From Candidatus Terraquivivens tengchongensis (GTDB taxonomy: Archaea > Thermoproteota > Nitrososphaeria_A > Caldarchaeales > Wolframiiraptoraceae), in NCBI GenBank assembly GCA_023261845.1, contig JALNJZ010000004.1, positions 73,003 through 137,002 on the forward strand: DNA of 64,000 nucleotides, in the 5' to 3' direction. The position numbers and the translations under genes were made by a program. The notes beneath the pieces were generated by a model that saw nothing but the letters and a program-made list of their open reading frames with translations, did no database searches and had not been told where the DNA came from. Below are positions 9,633 to 20,121 of the stretch, piece after piece (the stretch's first letter is position 1; the number at the start of each line of letters is the position of its first letter).

Positions 9633-10531
9633 ACGAAGAAGCTCTTGATCTCTTATTCCAAGCTGGAAGGATAGCAGCCCGTGTAAAGGAAAGGATATAC
9701 AGTTTAGTGAAGGAAGGCGTTAAGTTGGTGGAGGTATGCGAGGCCGTCGAGATGATGATAGAATCTGAGGGCGGAAAGCCCGCTTTTCCTTGTAACGTTT
9801 GCGTGGATGAGGTTGCGGCCCACTACTCGCCGCTACCAGACGACCAATCCACAATACCTCCGAACGCACTCGTCAAAGTGGACTTAGGTGTACATATCGA
9901 CGGCTATATAGTTGATACGGCCATAAGTGTCTCGCTCTCGAAGGAAAAACAACCGCTCGTAGCCGCGGCCGAAGAGGCGCTACGCGCCGCTGTGAAATTC
10001 ATCAAGGCGGGCACAAGGTTGGGAGAAATAGGCGCTGTAATTCAGAGCACGATACAAAAAGCTGGGTTTAAACCCATCAAAAATCTTACGGGCCACGAGA
10101 TATCCAGGTATAACCTTCACGGCGGAGCGTCCATACCGAATATTGCGATACCTGACATAAGAAGGGTAGCGAAGGGAGCAGTGTATGCTATAGAGCCTTT
10201 TGTAAGTTTCGCGAACGCGGCTGGCGAGGTGGTAAACGCAGACGCTTCGACTATATTCAGGCTGGATGTTAAAAAGGTCCCGATGGCGAAGTTGAAGCTT
10301 GACGAAAAAGCCCTCGTCGAGTACATAGATGAGAACTTCAAAGGCCTACCATACTCGCCAAGATGGTTGCGCGCCTCAAAAGTCCCCGACCCCTTAGGCG
10401 TCCACGAAAGGCTCGTCAAAACAGGTAGAATCCACAAGTACCCAGTGCTTGTCGAGAAAAGAAGACAGCCGGTGGCGCAAGCAGAGTGTACGGTATATGT
10501 TGAGGAGAACGGATGCAGGGTCCTAACTTAG
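9629..10531 (+). CDS. map: Methionine aminopeptidase type II
   Basis: AFPCN, AAHY, KVDLGVHIDGYIVDTA, NLTGH, AIEPF. Confidence 0.95.
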   Translation: MNEEALDLLFQAGRIAARVKERIYSLVKEGVKLVEVCEAVEMMIESEGGKPAFPCNVCVDEVAAHYSPLPDDQSTIPPNALVKVDLGVHIDGYIVDTAISVSLSKEKQPLVAAAEEALRAAVKFIKAGTRLGEIGAVIQSTIQKAGFKPIKNLTGHEISRYNLHGGASIPNIAIPDIRRVAKGAVYAIEPFVSFANAAGEVVNADASTIFRLDVKKVPMAKLKLDEKALVEYIDENFKGLPYSPRWLRASKVPDPLGVHERLVKTGRIHKYPVLVEKRRQPVAQAECTVYVEENGCRVLT

Positions 10532-10782
10532 GTCTTCTTCTCCCTTTCCTTGACGTATATTCCGACTATAAGTAGCTCGTTGTTGCCGCATTTGGGACAT
10601 ACCTCGTTCGTCTTCTTGAAGACGTAATCCTCCTCTTTAAACGTCCGAGAATTCTCCGTACCGCATGACGTGCACTTTAGGAATGTTAGCGGCGGCACGT
10701 ACCTCAGCATCATTTTGGATGGTGGAAAGCTCTCCAATGAGCACACCTGTCTCTTGAGACTAGAATAGCTTATTATAAACAT
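10528..10782 (-). CDS. Small Zn-ribbon protein (true start probably ~10713)
   Basis: CTSC...CPKC, followed by LIVGIY. Confidence 0.65.
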   Translation of the reverse strand: MFIISYSSLKRQVCSLESFPPSKMMLRYVPPLTFLKCTSCGTENSRTFKEEDYVFKKTNEVCPKCGNNELLIVGIYVKEREKKT

Positions 10783-10790
10783 TTTCTTGA

Positions 10791-11930
10791 TCAGCCGATG
10801 CCTACAGTATTTCCTATGCCGGCAATTATCGCTGTTGAACCAGCCGGAACTTTCTCCAGTAGAACGCTTTTTATCTTCTCGACAACGACATCTGCTGCTT
10901 TTGCTATCACTTCCCTCATCGGCGTTATTGCCTCGACTATCGACTCGTAGATAACGAAAGCGTATAACGGTATTTGTCTCTCCTTCGCTATCTCTTCTAT
11001 CTTATACTTGTCAATTCCAGGCCCTCCGATGGCGACACCCACTCCTTCAACCATCTTGCCCGATTCGTCACCCTCCAGTCTTAAACCGGCGTCTATCGTT
11101 ATTATTAGCTTCACGTTGTCGCCCTCCCTTTCAATGAGCTTCTTCACACCCTCGCCCGGTCTGCCTACAGTTCCTCCTGGACCAGTCGCCCTTACTATCA
11201 GAACCCTCCTATTCTCGAATTCTATCTCAGATACCGTAGTATCCTTTGCTATCTCGTACCGCGCCTTTTCCTTACCATACGCCAGCTTAGCTGCCGCCAA
11301 CACGCCGATACCGTCGCCTATCGGCTGACCATAAGCGAACGCATAACTTGCAAGCCTGAGCGCCTCCGTCATCTCCATAAGCTGGGGCATCAACATCTGC
11401 AGCTGAAGTATCAAGTATATGTTGGCAGTCTTCTTTCCGAGTAGATAGTAGTGCCTGACTATACGGTATAAGTAGTTGGTCGTCCTCGCAACTTCCATCA
11501 AGTTTGCCAAGGTCTTAACCTTGTAATCTTCAGCAGCCGGGCTTAACTTCCTAATTTCCTCTTCAAACCTTGACTCACCAGTCTCTAGTATGTGCTCGAG
11601 CTTGTAGACTATACCGTAGGGGTCCATAGATTCAGGCTCTATTACGAAGAACTCCATGAGTTTATCAATATCCTGCGTAGGATCTTTCTCAGGTTTTCCA
11701 ATCCTCTTTATAGTTTCTATGGTCCTCTCCCTGACCTCGTCCTTAACCAGCTTGAGCCTCGCTAGCTTCTTTTCGAGGTCCCTTAACATATAGCCGAGCT
11801 GTATCCTCTGGCTCATCGTAGGGTAGAACAGGAACAGCATCATGAGACCGAGCCATATTAGCCATACTAGCATCCCCAAACCCGTCTCATCAAACCCTCT
11901 TAACTGATTTAGGAAGAGGTCCTCCATCAT
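10791..11930 (-). CDS. DUF1512 family membrane-anchored protein
   Basis: N-terminal TM; DPYGIV, QPIGDGIG, GPGGTVG, IDAGLRLEG, GIGNTVGIG. Confidence 0.8.
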   Translation of the reverse strand: MMEDLFLNQLRGFDETGLGMLVWLIWLGLMMLFLFYPTMSQRIQLGYMLRDLEKKLARLKLVKDEVRERTIETIKRIGKPEKDPTQDIDKLMEFFVIEPESMDPYGIVYKLEHILETGESRFEEEIRKLSPAAEDYKVKTLANLMEVARTTNYLYRIVRHYYLLGKKTANIYLILQLQMLMPQLMEMTEALRLASYAFAYGQPIGDGIGVLAAAKLAYGKEKARYEIAKDTTVSEIEFENRRVLIVRATGPGGTVGRPGEGVKKLIEREGDNVKLIITIDAGLRLEGDESGKMVEGVGVAIGGPGIDKYKIEEIAKERQIPLYAFVIYESIVEAITPMREVIAKAADVVVEKIKSVLLEKVPAGSTAIIAGIGNTVGIG

Positions 11931-12070
11931 GCTTTCCGTTCGTGTTAGCCTTTATGGAGCCTCTTTTTAAATGTTTAGAAATGGGACGGAGCAAATATTC
12001 TGGTAATCCGTTCCACTTTCGGTGAGCTCTCTGGAAGTTAACCCTTTTTAAGCGTGTTTAAAGCAGTAAC

Positions 12071-12634
12071 ATGGTGATGAATATAGACCTAGAGCCTTCA
12101 CCTCTCGGCGAGTTGCTAAGAGAGGTTGAATTCGAATACATGAACACTTACTGCAAAGTAGTTTTACTGAAAGATGTGCCGAGGTTAGAAGTAGCAGGCA
12201 TCACTATGGAGAACCTGAAGCAGGGAAATGTTTTACAGCTCAGGAAGTGGGCTGCCGACAAGCTTGTCGAGATGGGCATGGCGAAATGGGCAGAACCCAT
12301 CGTCGACTTGAACTACCTATCGCAACTTTTGTGGAAAGAGAAGAATAATGTTACAGAACTCCAAGAGGTGCCAAGGTACTTTTACATGGAGGTGAAGAGG
12401 TTGATAGATGAGGCCTCTAAGACGAGCAAAGAAAAAGCCGACGAAATCAGGCGGAGGTTAATGGATATAATCTCGCTCAGGCTGTTAAAGCTACTTTCAT
12501 ACGCCGCGAAGAGAATTAGACCTGCTACGATTAACAGGATGACACCGGAAGAAAGCATGCTCTTCGAGTTTGTGATGAAGCTCGTTAACGATTGGGTCTC
12601 TCATGTCTGCCCGAAAGGAGGTACTGAGGTTTGA
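12071..12634 (+). CDS. gins23: GINS complex subunit Gins23
   Basis: B-domain first (W..L..G), then helical A-domain (FY...RL.KL...MTPEE); overlaps mcm start by 4 nt. Confidence 0.8.
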   Translation: MVMNIDLEPSPLGELLREVEFEYMNTYCKVVLLKDVPRLEVAGITMENLKQGNVLQLRKWAADKLVEMGMAKWAEPIVDLNYLSQLLWKEKNNVTELQEVPRYFYMEVKRLIDEASKTSKEKADEIRRRLMDIISLRLLKLLSYAAKRIRPATINRMTPEESMLFEFVMKLVNDWVSHVCPKGGTEV

Positions 12635-14649
12635 GCGTGCCGATTGAGGAAAGACTCGTGGAGTTGTTCAAGAGCGAAAAATACAGAGCCCTGCTCGCAA
12701 GGGCTGCGCTCACGAGTCAAAAGTCCATACCGGTTGACTTCAACGACCTAATAGCGTTCGACGAAGAACTGTCTCATAAGATAGTTGACGAACCTTTGAC
12801 GTACCTACCGATACTCAGCAGAGCCGCCTATAAGCAGCTCCAAATAGAGAGTCCAGAATACGCCGCAAAGGTAACGAACTTCTATGCTAGGGTTCACAAC
12901 CTACCAGTCGTCACGCCGATACGTGAGATAAGGTCCACGCATCTAAGGAAGCTGATAATGGTAGACGGCATAGTCGTGAGGGCGACCGTGGTCAAACCGA
13001 TGCTTGATGTCGGCGTCTTTCAGTGTAGATACTGTGGCGAAAAGTATAGAGTACCACAGAACAACGCACCTAGATTGAGGCAACCAGAAAGATGCACGAG
13101 TCCCCAGTGCAGGGGAAAGAGGCCCGTGTTCGACCTCATCCAAGAAGAATCAGAATTCGTGGACTACCAAGTGATCGGCGTACAAGAAAAACCCGAGGAC
13201 CTCCCGCCAGGTCAGCTACCCAGAGTTATCGAAGTAAGGTTAAGAGACGACCTAGTGGACAGGGCAAGGCCAGGGGACAGAGTCCTAATAACGAGCATAC
13301 TGCTTTCATCTCAAGAAAGGACGGGCGAGGTACCTCTAAGGACGTTCAAGTCGTACTTGGATGCAGTCTGGGTCGAGACTGTCAGCAAAGAACCCGAGTC
13401 TCTCCAGATAACTCCGGAGGAGGAAGAGCTGTTCAAGCAGATGGCTCAAGACCCGCTCATCTACAACAAGATAATGGACTCGTTAGCACCGAGCATCTAC
13501 GGGCTTGAGCACATAAAGGAGGCAATAATGCTGTTGCTCTTCGGCGGTAGAAACAAGGTCTTTCCTGATGGTGTGAAGGTCAGGGGCGACATTAACATCT
13601 TGCTGGTCGGAGACCCGGGTATGGCGAAGAGCGCCCTACTGCAGTACGTAGCCAACATAGCACCGAGAGGTCTGTATACGTCAGGAAGGGGTACAACGGC
13701 TGCTGGCTTGACCGCTGCAGTAATCAGGGAGCAGGGCGGCGGCATGGTGCTAGAGGCTGGTGCAACTGTCCTCGCGGACATGGGAGTGTGTTGCATAGAC
13801 GAGATAGATAAGATGAAGCCCGAAGACAGGGTGGCTCTGCATGAGGTGATGGCGCAACAAACGGTAAGCATCGCCAAGGGCGGCATAGTGGCTACGTTGA
13901 ACGCCAGAACTTCGATATTAGCAGCGGCAAACCCTGCGCTCGGTAGATACGACCCCTACATGTCTTTCACGGATAATGTCAACTTACCCGTAACTCTGCT
14001 ATCTAGGTTCGACCTCATATTTGTGTTGAGGGACGAGCCAAACTTGGAGCAGGATAAAAAAGTCTCCTCGCATATACTTGCGCTCCATTCAACGGGTAGC
14101 CCGACGGTAGCGCCGCCGATAAAACCGGAGATACTGAAGAAGTACATAGCGTATGCGAAAAGGGTGAACCCTGAACTTACACCTGGAGCGTTAAAGATCT
14201 TGGAAGATTTCTACCTCCAGATGAGGTCAGTCTACGAAAAGACCTCCACGGTCACGATAACCGCGAGGCAGTTAGAATCCTTAATAAGGCTCGCTGAGGC
14301 AAGGGCCAGAGTTGCGTTGAGGGATAAGGTAACAGAAGAGGATGCTGGTGCCGTCGTCCTCTTGATGAAGAGAAGCCTGCAGGAGGTCGGCATAGACGTC
14401 AAGACAGGGAAGCCGGACATAGACGTCATCATGACAGGGAAGCCGAAGAGCGTTAGGGATAAGCTCGCCATCGTCCTGAACATGATAAAGGAATTCGAAG
14501 AGAGGAAAGGGGTCGCGGAGGAAGAGGAGCTGAAGGCTGCCTTGGTGGAGAATGGGTTGAGCGAGCCCGAGATCAACAGGATACTGAGTTGGCTAATAAC
14601 CGAGGGTAAAGTTTATACACCGAAGCCAGGCTGTTATAAGGTCGCGTGA
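12631..14649 (+). CDS. mcm: Replicative helicase MCM
   Basis: Zn finger, QEKPEDLPPGQLPR, GDPGMAKS, IDEIDKM, LSRFD, ITARQLES; no intein. Confidence 0.97.
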   Translation: MSVPIEERLVELFKSEKYRALLARAALTSQKSIPVDFNDLIAFDEELSHKIVDEPLTYLPILSRAAYKQLQIESPEYAAKVTNFYARVHNLPVVTPIREIRSTHLRKLIMVDGIVVRATVVKPMLDVGVFQCRYCGEKYRVPQNNAPRLRQPERCTSPQCRGKRPVFDLIQEESEFVDYQVIGVQEKPEDLPPGQLPRVIEVRLRDDLVDRARPGDRVLITSILLSSQERTGEVPLRTFKSYLDAVWVETVSKEPESLQITPEEEELFKQMAQDPLIYNKIMDSLAPSIYGLEHIKEAIMLLLFGGRNKVFPDGVKVRGDINILLVGDPGMAKSALLQYVANIAPRGLYTSGRGTTAAGLTAAVIREQGGGMVLEAGATVLADMGVCCIDEIDKMKPEDRVALHEVMAQQTVSIAKGGIVATLNARTSILAAANPALGRYDPYMSFTDNVNLPVTLLSRFDLIFVLRDEPNLEQDKKVSSHILALHSTGSPTVAPPIKPEILKKYIAYAKRVNPELTPGALKILEDFYLQMRSVYEKTSTVTITARQLESLIRLAEARARVALRDKVTEEDAGAVVLLMKRSLQEVGIDVKTGKPDIDVIMTGKPKSVRDKLAIVLNMIKEFEERKGVAEEEELKAALVENGLSEPEINRILSWLITEGKVYTPKPGCYKVA

Positions 14650-14668
14650 AGTTTTTGAAAAACTACTG

Positions 14669-16837
14669 GTGCCATCTATGCTCATAACCGACCTTCCGAT
14701 ACCAGACTATCTCAAGTCAAACCTCTTGAAGTTCGGGATAAGAGAGCTTTACCCTCCGCAGGTTGAGGCGATAAGGAGGAACGTCCTGAGCGGGAAGAAT
14801 CTCGTCCTAGCGACGCCGACCGCCAGCGGAAAGACTCTGGTAGCCATTCTTGCTGCTTCAGTCCACCTCGCGAAAGGCGGCAAGGTGATGTACCTCACGC
14901 CGCTTAGAGCCCTGACATCAGAGAAGCTGCACGAGTTTAGGACGTTGCTGGCTTCCGGAGAGGGTGGAAGGATAAAGGTGGCGGCAACGTCTGGCGATTA
15001 TGACAGCGAAGACAGATGGCTTGCCGACTACGACGTCATAATATGCACGAACGAGAAGGCCGACAGCCTCTTGAGGCATGGTGCAGAGTGGGTAAGAGAT
15101 GTGTCACTATTAATCGTTGACGAGGTTCACGTCATAGGTGAACCGGAAAGGGGTCCTACACTCGAGGTCGTATTGACGAGGCTCAGAGAGATGGCACCGA
15201 AGGCACAAGTCCTTTCGCTCAGCGCAACCATAAGGAATGCAGAAGAGCTGGCAGATTGGTTAGGCTGCGAGTGCGTGACGAGTGAGTGGAGACCTGTTCC
15301 GCTTAAGGAGGGGGTCTACTTTGACGGCAAGCTTGAGTTTAACGACAGCAACATCAAGCTAAAGAACTACGAATCAGACCCTACCTTGAACGTGGCTATA
15401 TGGACAATTATGGAGGGCGGACAAGCGCTAATATTCGCGTTATCCAGAAGGAAAGCAGAGAGCTTAGCGGAAAAGGCGGCCGCCGCTCTGAGCAGACACC
15501 CAGAGTGCATCAACTACGAAGAATCAGAGATGTTGAGAAGGTTCGCTGAGGAGATGATGAGCGAAAGCGAGCGCTCAAGCTTCACCGAAAGGCTTGTCAG
15601 GCTCATGGTTAGGGGAAGCGCATTCCATCATGCTGGCCTCGGTTACAAGCACAGGCAGATAATTGAGGAGGCATTCAGGAGCAGGTGTCTGAAGATACTT
15701 TGTGCCACTCCGACACTTGCTGCTGGCGTAAACCTTCCGGCAAGGACCGTTATAATCCCGGAGCTTTGGAGGTACGAGCCGACGTACGGCATGCAGTACA
15801 TATCAGTCATGGAGTACAAGCAGTTTTCGGGAAGGGCTGGAAGGCCGAGGTACGACGACGTGGGATACGCGGTCAGTATAGCAAGAAAAGAGGTGGAGCG
15901 CGAGATGATATTAAGCAGGTACATAATGGGCTTACCCGAAAAGATCTACTCGAGGCTCTCGAGCGAAAGGCACATCAGGATACAGACTTTGGCCTTGATA
16001 GCTACGAGAGCTACGGAAAGCACGAAGGAGCTGCTCAGCTTCTTCGAGAAGACCTTCTTCGGATACCAGTACGGTGTCATCGGCGTGAAGGACAAAATCA
16101 TAAAGGCCATAGAGTTCTTGGACAAGCACGGCATGGTGGAGGTTGTTGACGGTGCGCTGAGCGCCACAAGGCTAGGCAAGAGGGTCTCAGAACTTTACAT
16201 CGACCCGCTGACTGCAGTTAGGCTTATAGAGGCGATGAATGTGAAGGCAGGGGAGATAACGGACGTGACGCTCCTTCATATGCTCTGCATGACACCTGAC
16301 GTTCCATCCATACCTATGGCTAAGATTTCGCTTGATAGGCTCGCCAACTACTACGAGAAACACAAGGAAGAACTGCTCCTTAAACCACCAGATCCTGATG
16401 AAGAACCAGAGGTCTACGAAGCTTACCTTGAGACTCTGAAGAACGTGATGGTCTTGGAGGCATGGGTAAACGAAGTGAGTGAGGGTGACATATACGAGAG
16501 GCTGGGCGTCGAGCCAGGCGACCTTGCAGCCCTTAGGGAGAAAGCTGAATGGGTCTGCTACTCGGCCCATCAGATAGCGAACGTCATAAAGGCAGTTGAT
16601 TTCATAAGTCCGTTGCGCGTGATGACCGAGAGGCTGAGGCATGGGATAAAGGAGGAGCTCATACCGCTGACGAGGCTCGAGGGGATAGGCAGGGTTAGGG
16701 CAAGGGCGCTGTACAGCAAAGGTTTCAGGAGCATAGAGGACTTGAAGAGGGTGAGCATAAGCGAGCTGATGTCCGTGCCGGGCATAGGACCGCAGATAGC
16801 GCGCAGGATAAAGGAGCAGCTCAGCGAAGTTCCTTGA
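14669..16837 (+). CDS. hel308: Ski2-like DEAD/H helicase Hel308
   Basis: PTASGKT, DEVH, LSAT, FHHAGL, TLAAGVNLPA, GRAGRP, C-terminal HhH (GIGRVRAR). Confidence 0.93.
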   Translation: MPSMLITDLPIPDYLKSNLLKFGIRELYPPQVEAIRRNVLSGKNLVLATPTASGKTLVAILAASVHLAKGGKVMYLTPLRALTSEKLHEFRTLLASGEGGRIKVAATSGDYDSEDRWLADYDVIICTNEKADSLLRHGAEWVRDVSLLIVDEVHVIGEPERGPTLEVVLTRLREMAPKAQVLSLSATIRNAEELADWLGCECVTSEWRPVPLKEGVYFDGKLEFNDSNIKLKNYESDPTLNVAIWTIMEGGQALIFALSRRKAESLAEKAAAALSRHPECINYEESEMLRRFAEEMMSESERSSFTERLVRLMVRGSAFHHAGLGYKHRQIIEEAFRSRCLKILCATPTLAAGVNLPARTVIIPELWRYEPTYGMQYISVMEYKQFSGRAGRPRYDDVGYAVSIARKEVEREMILSRYIMGLPEKIYSRLSSERHIRIQTLALIATRATESTKELLSFFEKTFFGYQYGVIGVKDKIIKAIEFLDKHGMVEVVDGALSATRLGKRVSELYIDPLTAVRLIEAMNVKAGEITDVTLLHMLCMTPDVPSIPMAKISLDRLANYYEKHKEELLLKPPDPDEEPEVYEAYLETLKNVMVLEAWVNEVSEGDIYERLGVEPGDLAALREKAEWVCYSAHQIANVIKAVDFISPLRVMTERLRHGIKEELIPLTRLEGIGRVRARALYSKGFRSIEDLKRVSISELMSVPGIGPQIARRIKEQLSEVP

Positions 16838-16885
16838 AATTAGTTCAGCACCACAGAAAATTTTTTCCAGCATGCTGAACTAATT
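16838..16885. repeat. 48-bp element with perfect 13-bp terminal inverted repeat (copy 1)
   Basis: AATTAGTTCAGCA 16838-16850 / TGCTGAACTAATT 16873-16885; second copy at 46981-47029. Confidence 0.8.
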
Positions 16886-17026
16886 GGCGGTGTACGAGCG
16901 TACCATGGGCCGATGATATCAATGGTTTTTGGTGTTATATTATTCAGCTACTGCAGCCTTCATCATGCCATCAGTGTACCTCAACCTCATCATTCATAGG
17001 GCTTAACTTTTGCACAATTATATTCT

Positions 17027-17527
17027 TCAAAGCTCGTTAAAGACTTTTTCTGCGAAAGCGTACACCGAGGCCTCCTGTAATGGTTCCACCGAACCAGGCC
17101 TTAGCTTCCTGATTTTCTCTATCGCCTCGTTCGGATAAATCTTCTCCGAGGCTACGAAGTATGCCGCTATGACCGTACCGGTCCTTCCTAAGCCTGCCGC
17201 GCAGTGAACAACCGTGGGCCTGCCCGCGCTTATGTTGGACCGTATGAATTCGACACACTTCTCGATATCTTCAACGCTCGGAGGTTCATGGTCCTTCATG
17301 GGCACATGCATGTAAACAAGGTCTGTCGATTCCAACCATTCCTTCGGGAGTGGGCTCTCGGTTAAGCTGAGCAGCGCTCTTATGCCCTGCTCGCATAACC
17401 ATAGGACTTGAGATCTCGATACGGGTCTACCGCAGGCTGCGAGCATGCTATCAACCCAGCTGAAGTTGTGGGGTCTATCCAACAAAAGACCCCTAAGCCT
17501 TCTGTAGGCCTCGCCTAAGCTGCTCAT
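17027..17527 (-). CDS. Dual-specificity protein phosphatase
   Basis: CX5R motif VHCAAGLGRTG; MKDHEPP loop. Confidence 0.9.
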   Translation of the reverse strand: MSSLGEAYRRLRGLLLDRPHNFSWVDSMLAACGRPVSRSQVLWLCEQGIRALLSLTESPLPKEWLESTDLVYMHVPMKDHEPPSVEDIEKCVEFIRSNISAGRPTVVHCAAGLGRTGTVIAAYFVASEKIYPNEAIEKIRKLRPGSVEPLQEASVYAFAEKVFNEL

Positions 17528-18123
17528 GGTTCCTTGCCCTTCGGATCGGGTAGGAAAGGTCTAAGCTTGGCTAAGAGCTCTTCGGTAACCTGGCTTGGTG
17601 GCTTCGAGCCGTCCAGCAGCATCAACTCGCCAGCTGCCGCCATGTCTAGGTACACCTTTCTAACGGCCTTTAGTAGCTCGAGCCTCTCGAACCTACTTCT
17701 CGGTTTCTTTATCCTAGATAGCGCGAGCTCCGGCTCCACGTCCAAGAGGAAGGCCACGTCAGGCTTCGGTACGAATTTGTTGATAGTCCTTACCCACTCA
17801 ACATCTCCGAGCATTGCACCCTGATATGCTATAGAGGAGTGCACGTACCTATCGGAGACGATCACGTAACCCTTCTTAAGACCAGGTTCTATCACCCTTC
17901 TCACGTGCTCTATCCTATCCGCAGCGAAGAGGAGCGCCTCCAAAGCCGGCGATGCCGTTGAGCCCAGTTTATTCAACAGCCTTCCTACACCAAAGGACGT
18001 TGGCTCGTTCGTGTACTTCGCCACGTAACCGTTCTTCTTGAGCCATCTGACCACGGCTTTCGATTGCGTTGTCTTGCCCGCACCGTCTATACCCTCGATC
18101 GTTACCAAGATGCCCCTATCCAT
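17524..18123 (-). CDS. tmk: Thymidylate kinase
   Basis: EGIDGAGKTT, LLFAADR, SDRYVHSSIAYQG. Confidence 0.95.
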   Translation of the reverse strand: MDRGILVTIEGIDGAGKTTQSKAVVRWLKKNGYVAKYTNEPTSFGVGRLLNKLGSTASPALEALLFAADRIEHVRRVIEPGLKKGYVIVSDRYVHSSIAYQGAMLGDVEWVRTINKFVPKPDVAFLLDVEPELALSRIKKPRSRFERLELLKAVRKVYLDMAAAGELMLLDGSKPPSQVTEELLAKLRPFLPDPKGKEP

Positions 18124-18321
18124 ACGACAGCCCGATGTGTCATCTTTACTAAACTTTTTAAATTAAACGCACACGCCACGCCTTGTCTAGGTACACTACT
18201 TGTTGCCGTACAACCCTCCAAGTTGTAAAAAAAGTTATGAACATGTCAAGAGATTATAATGTAAACGTCATAAATTCGAGCCTGTAAAGTTTATATATTA
18301 ACATCCAACTGCACTAATATA

Positions 18322-18648
18322 ATGTCAAATTTGTTTACTGAAGAGCAGATAGAGCATGTTTCGAAACTCTTCGAGACCTTGGGCAATAGGACGAGGCTTA
18401 AAATACTCCTCATGGTGGCTGACAGTAAAAGGCCGCTCCATATAAAGGCCGTCGCCAAGAGCCTAGGGATGGACTACGCGGCCACATACAGACACGTGAA
18501 AGCGCTGGAGGAGGCGGGTATAGTGGAGATTTATGAGGTTGGAAGGTCTAGGGTTTTATCTCTTAAAAACCAGGACCGACTCATGGACCTGTTTCTTAAA
18601 ACAATTGAAATTAGTCAGTTAGATAAATCTTCACAAATTGAACAATAA
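18322..18648 (+). CDS. ArsR-family winged-helix transcription regulator
   Basis: LGNRTRLKIL...HVKALEEAGIV...VGRSR. Confidence 0.85.
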   Translation: MSNLFTEEQIEHVSKLFETLGNRTRLKILLMVADSKRPLHIKAVAKSLGMDYAATYRHVKALEEAGIVEIYEVGRSRVLSLKNQDRLMDLFLKTIEISQLDKSSQIEQ

Positions 18649-18733
18649 TTTGCAAAAATTGTCATATTAATTTTGTGGAAAAATTTTTATAACTAAACAC
18701 ATGAGATAAGATAAGTTACGAAGGGGCGAGTTT

Positions 18734-19318
18734 GTGTTGAACCCGAGGTACTGGGCTTTTGCGATCATCATGGGAGCCTTAGGAAACGCTTTGGCGGCCC
18801 TGACGGTCATCCCGACGATGGTTCAGCAAGTCGCGCTTGACTTCTCCCTACTTCCAGCCATCATAGCGGGTATATATGGAGGCTGGGCACTAGGCGGCCT
18901 GACGGGTTTCATAGCAGGAATACTTCCCTCGATATGGTTCGGACCTCTTGGGAATCTTGGTCCTTTGGGCATCACAGCGAGCATCGGGAAGGCCATCATG
19001 GGAATCACAGTAGGCCTGCTTTCGAGGGCCTTTAGGAGGTGGCTCGAGGCCAGGACTTGGCTCTACATCCCGGTCGTTGCTTTGGCCTTCTTACCCGAGG
19101 CTTTATGGATATATCTCGTGTTCGCAGTAATGGTACCGCTCTTTTTACCAGCAGCACCAGCCTTTCTGCCAGGTCTATGGGCTCCAATACTTCTGAAGGG
19201 ATCTTTCGAGATAGCAGTCATGGGATTCTTCACCGCAGCACTCGCAGGTCATAACGGCTTCAAGAGTCAAATACTCTCTTTCCTGAACTCTACGGCGTTG
19301 CCCATTAGAAAAACCTAG
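18734..19318 (+). CDS. ECF transporter S component
   Basis: About 6 hydrophobic segments; LDFSLLPAIIAGIYGG..GGLTG pattern. Confidence 0.7.
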   Translation: MLNPRYWAFAIIMGALGNALAALTVIPTMVQQVALDFSLLPAIIAGIYGGWALGGLTGFIAGILPSIWFGPLGNLGPLGITASIGKAIMGITVGLLSRAFRRWLEARTWLYIPVVALAFLPEALWIYLVFAVMVPLFLPAAPAFLPGLWAPILLKGSFEIAVMGFFTAALAGHNGFKSQILSFLNSTALPIRKT

Positions 19319-19386
19319 CAATACTACTAATTTTTTACTCAAAAATTGGTAGAAACTAAAGTTTAAGTAAATGCTTTAATGATCTA

Positions 19387-20079
19387 TTGGGTAGTATGGA
19401 GCGCAAGGAACGTTCAAAGAGCCTGTTGGTCGCAGTCGCGGCGGTGTTCGGAGGCCTCTCCTCGGTCATTGCCATGCTCAAACTCAGCTTCCCATTCCCA
19501 TTATTACCGTACCTTAAGTTTGACTTGGCGGAGCTTCCTGCTATCTTTTCATTCCTAGCCTTTGGACCTTTCTTAGGCCTCGTGACGTCGCTAGTGTACT
19601 GGATAGTCTTAACGATTGCTACCATGGGAGAGTGGCTTTGGCCAATAGGTCCGTTCATGAAGTTCTTGGCAGTTATATCTACACTTGTAGGTGTCTGGCT
19701 AGGCTCTAGGATATTCGTGAAATCCGAGAGGCACCCCCTCGGCTCGCTCCTGTTACGTATGGGCGTGCTGGCCGCCATACTCAGGACAGCAGCCATGGGT
19801 GTGATGAACTACCTAATCTTAGTAATAATGGTACCTGAGTCGCTCACCTTCGTTAACTACTTGCTCTCGACGACTCTAGGCCTGAATTTAGGCTCCGAGT
19901 TAGAGCTAATTTTACTCGTCATGGCCCTTACGTCAGTCTTCAACATAATCCATACAATCCTCTCTCTGGTGCCGCCGGTTATTGTCGTTCAAAGGATAGA
20001 AAGAGCGGGCGCTTTTATGAGGATGGTCGGCAACTCTTGGATTGGCAACCTCGTGAAAAGGGTATACGATTCTAAATAA
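19387..20079 (+). CDS. ECF transporter S component (RibU-like)
   Basis: FPFPLLPYLKFDLAELP, FGP..G, N..L..P motifs. Confidence 0.75.
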   Translation: MGSMERKERSKSLLVAVAAVFGGLSSVIAMLKLSFPFPLLPYLKFDLAELPAIFSFLAFGPFLGLVTSLVYWIVLTIATMGEWLWPIGPFMKFLAVISTLVGVWLGSRIFVKSERHPLGSLLLRMGVLAAILRTAAMGVMNYLILVIMVPESLTFVNYLLSTTLGLNLGSELELILLVMALTSVFNIIHTILSLVPPVIVVQRIERAGAFMRMVGNSWIGNLVKRVYDSK

Positions 20080-20121
20080 TAGATCATAAATATACGTAGC
20101 GTACTCTTATGTCTATCGGAC

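Noticed and set aside
12071-16837. Replication origin or inteins at the gins-mcm-hel308 cluster
   Set aside because: No cdc6/orc1 or ORB-like repeats seen; protein lengths leave no room for inteins
16187-16873. Long antisense ORFs (also 24527-25192, 25820-26401, 60862-61386, 63303-63836)
   Set aside because: They are shadows of well-supported genes on the opposite strand and carry no motifs
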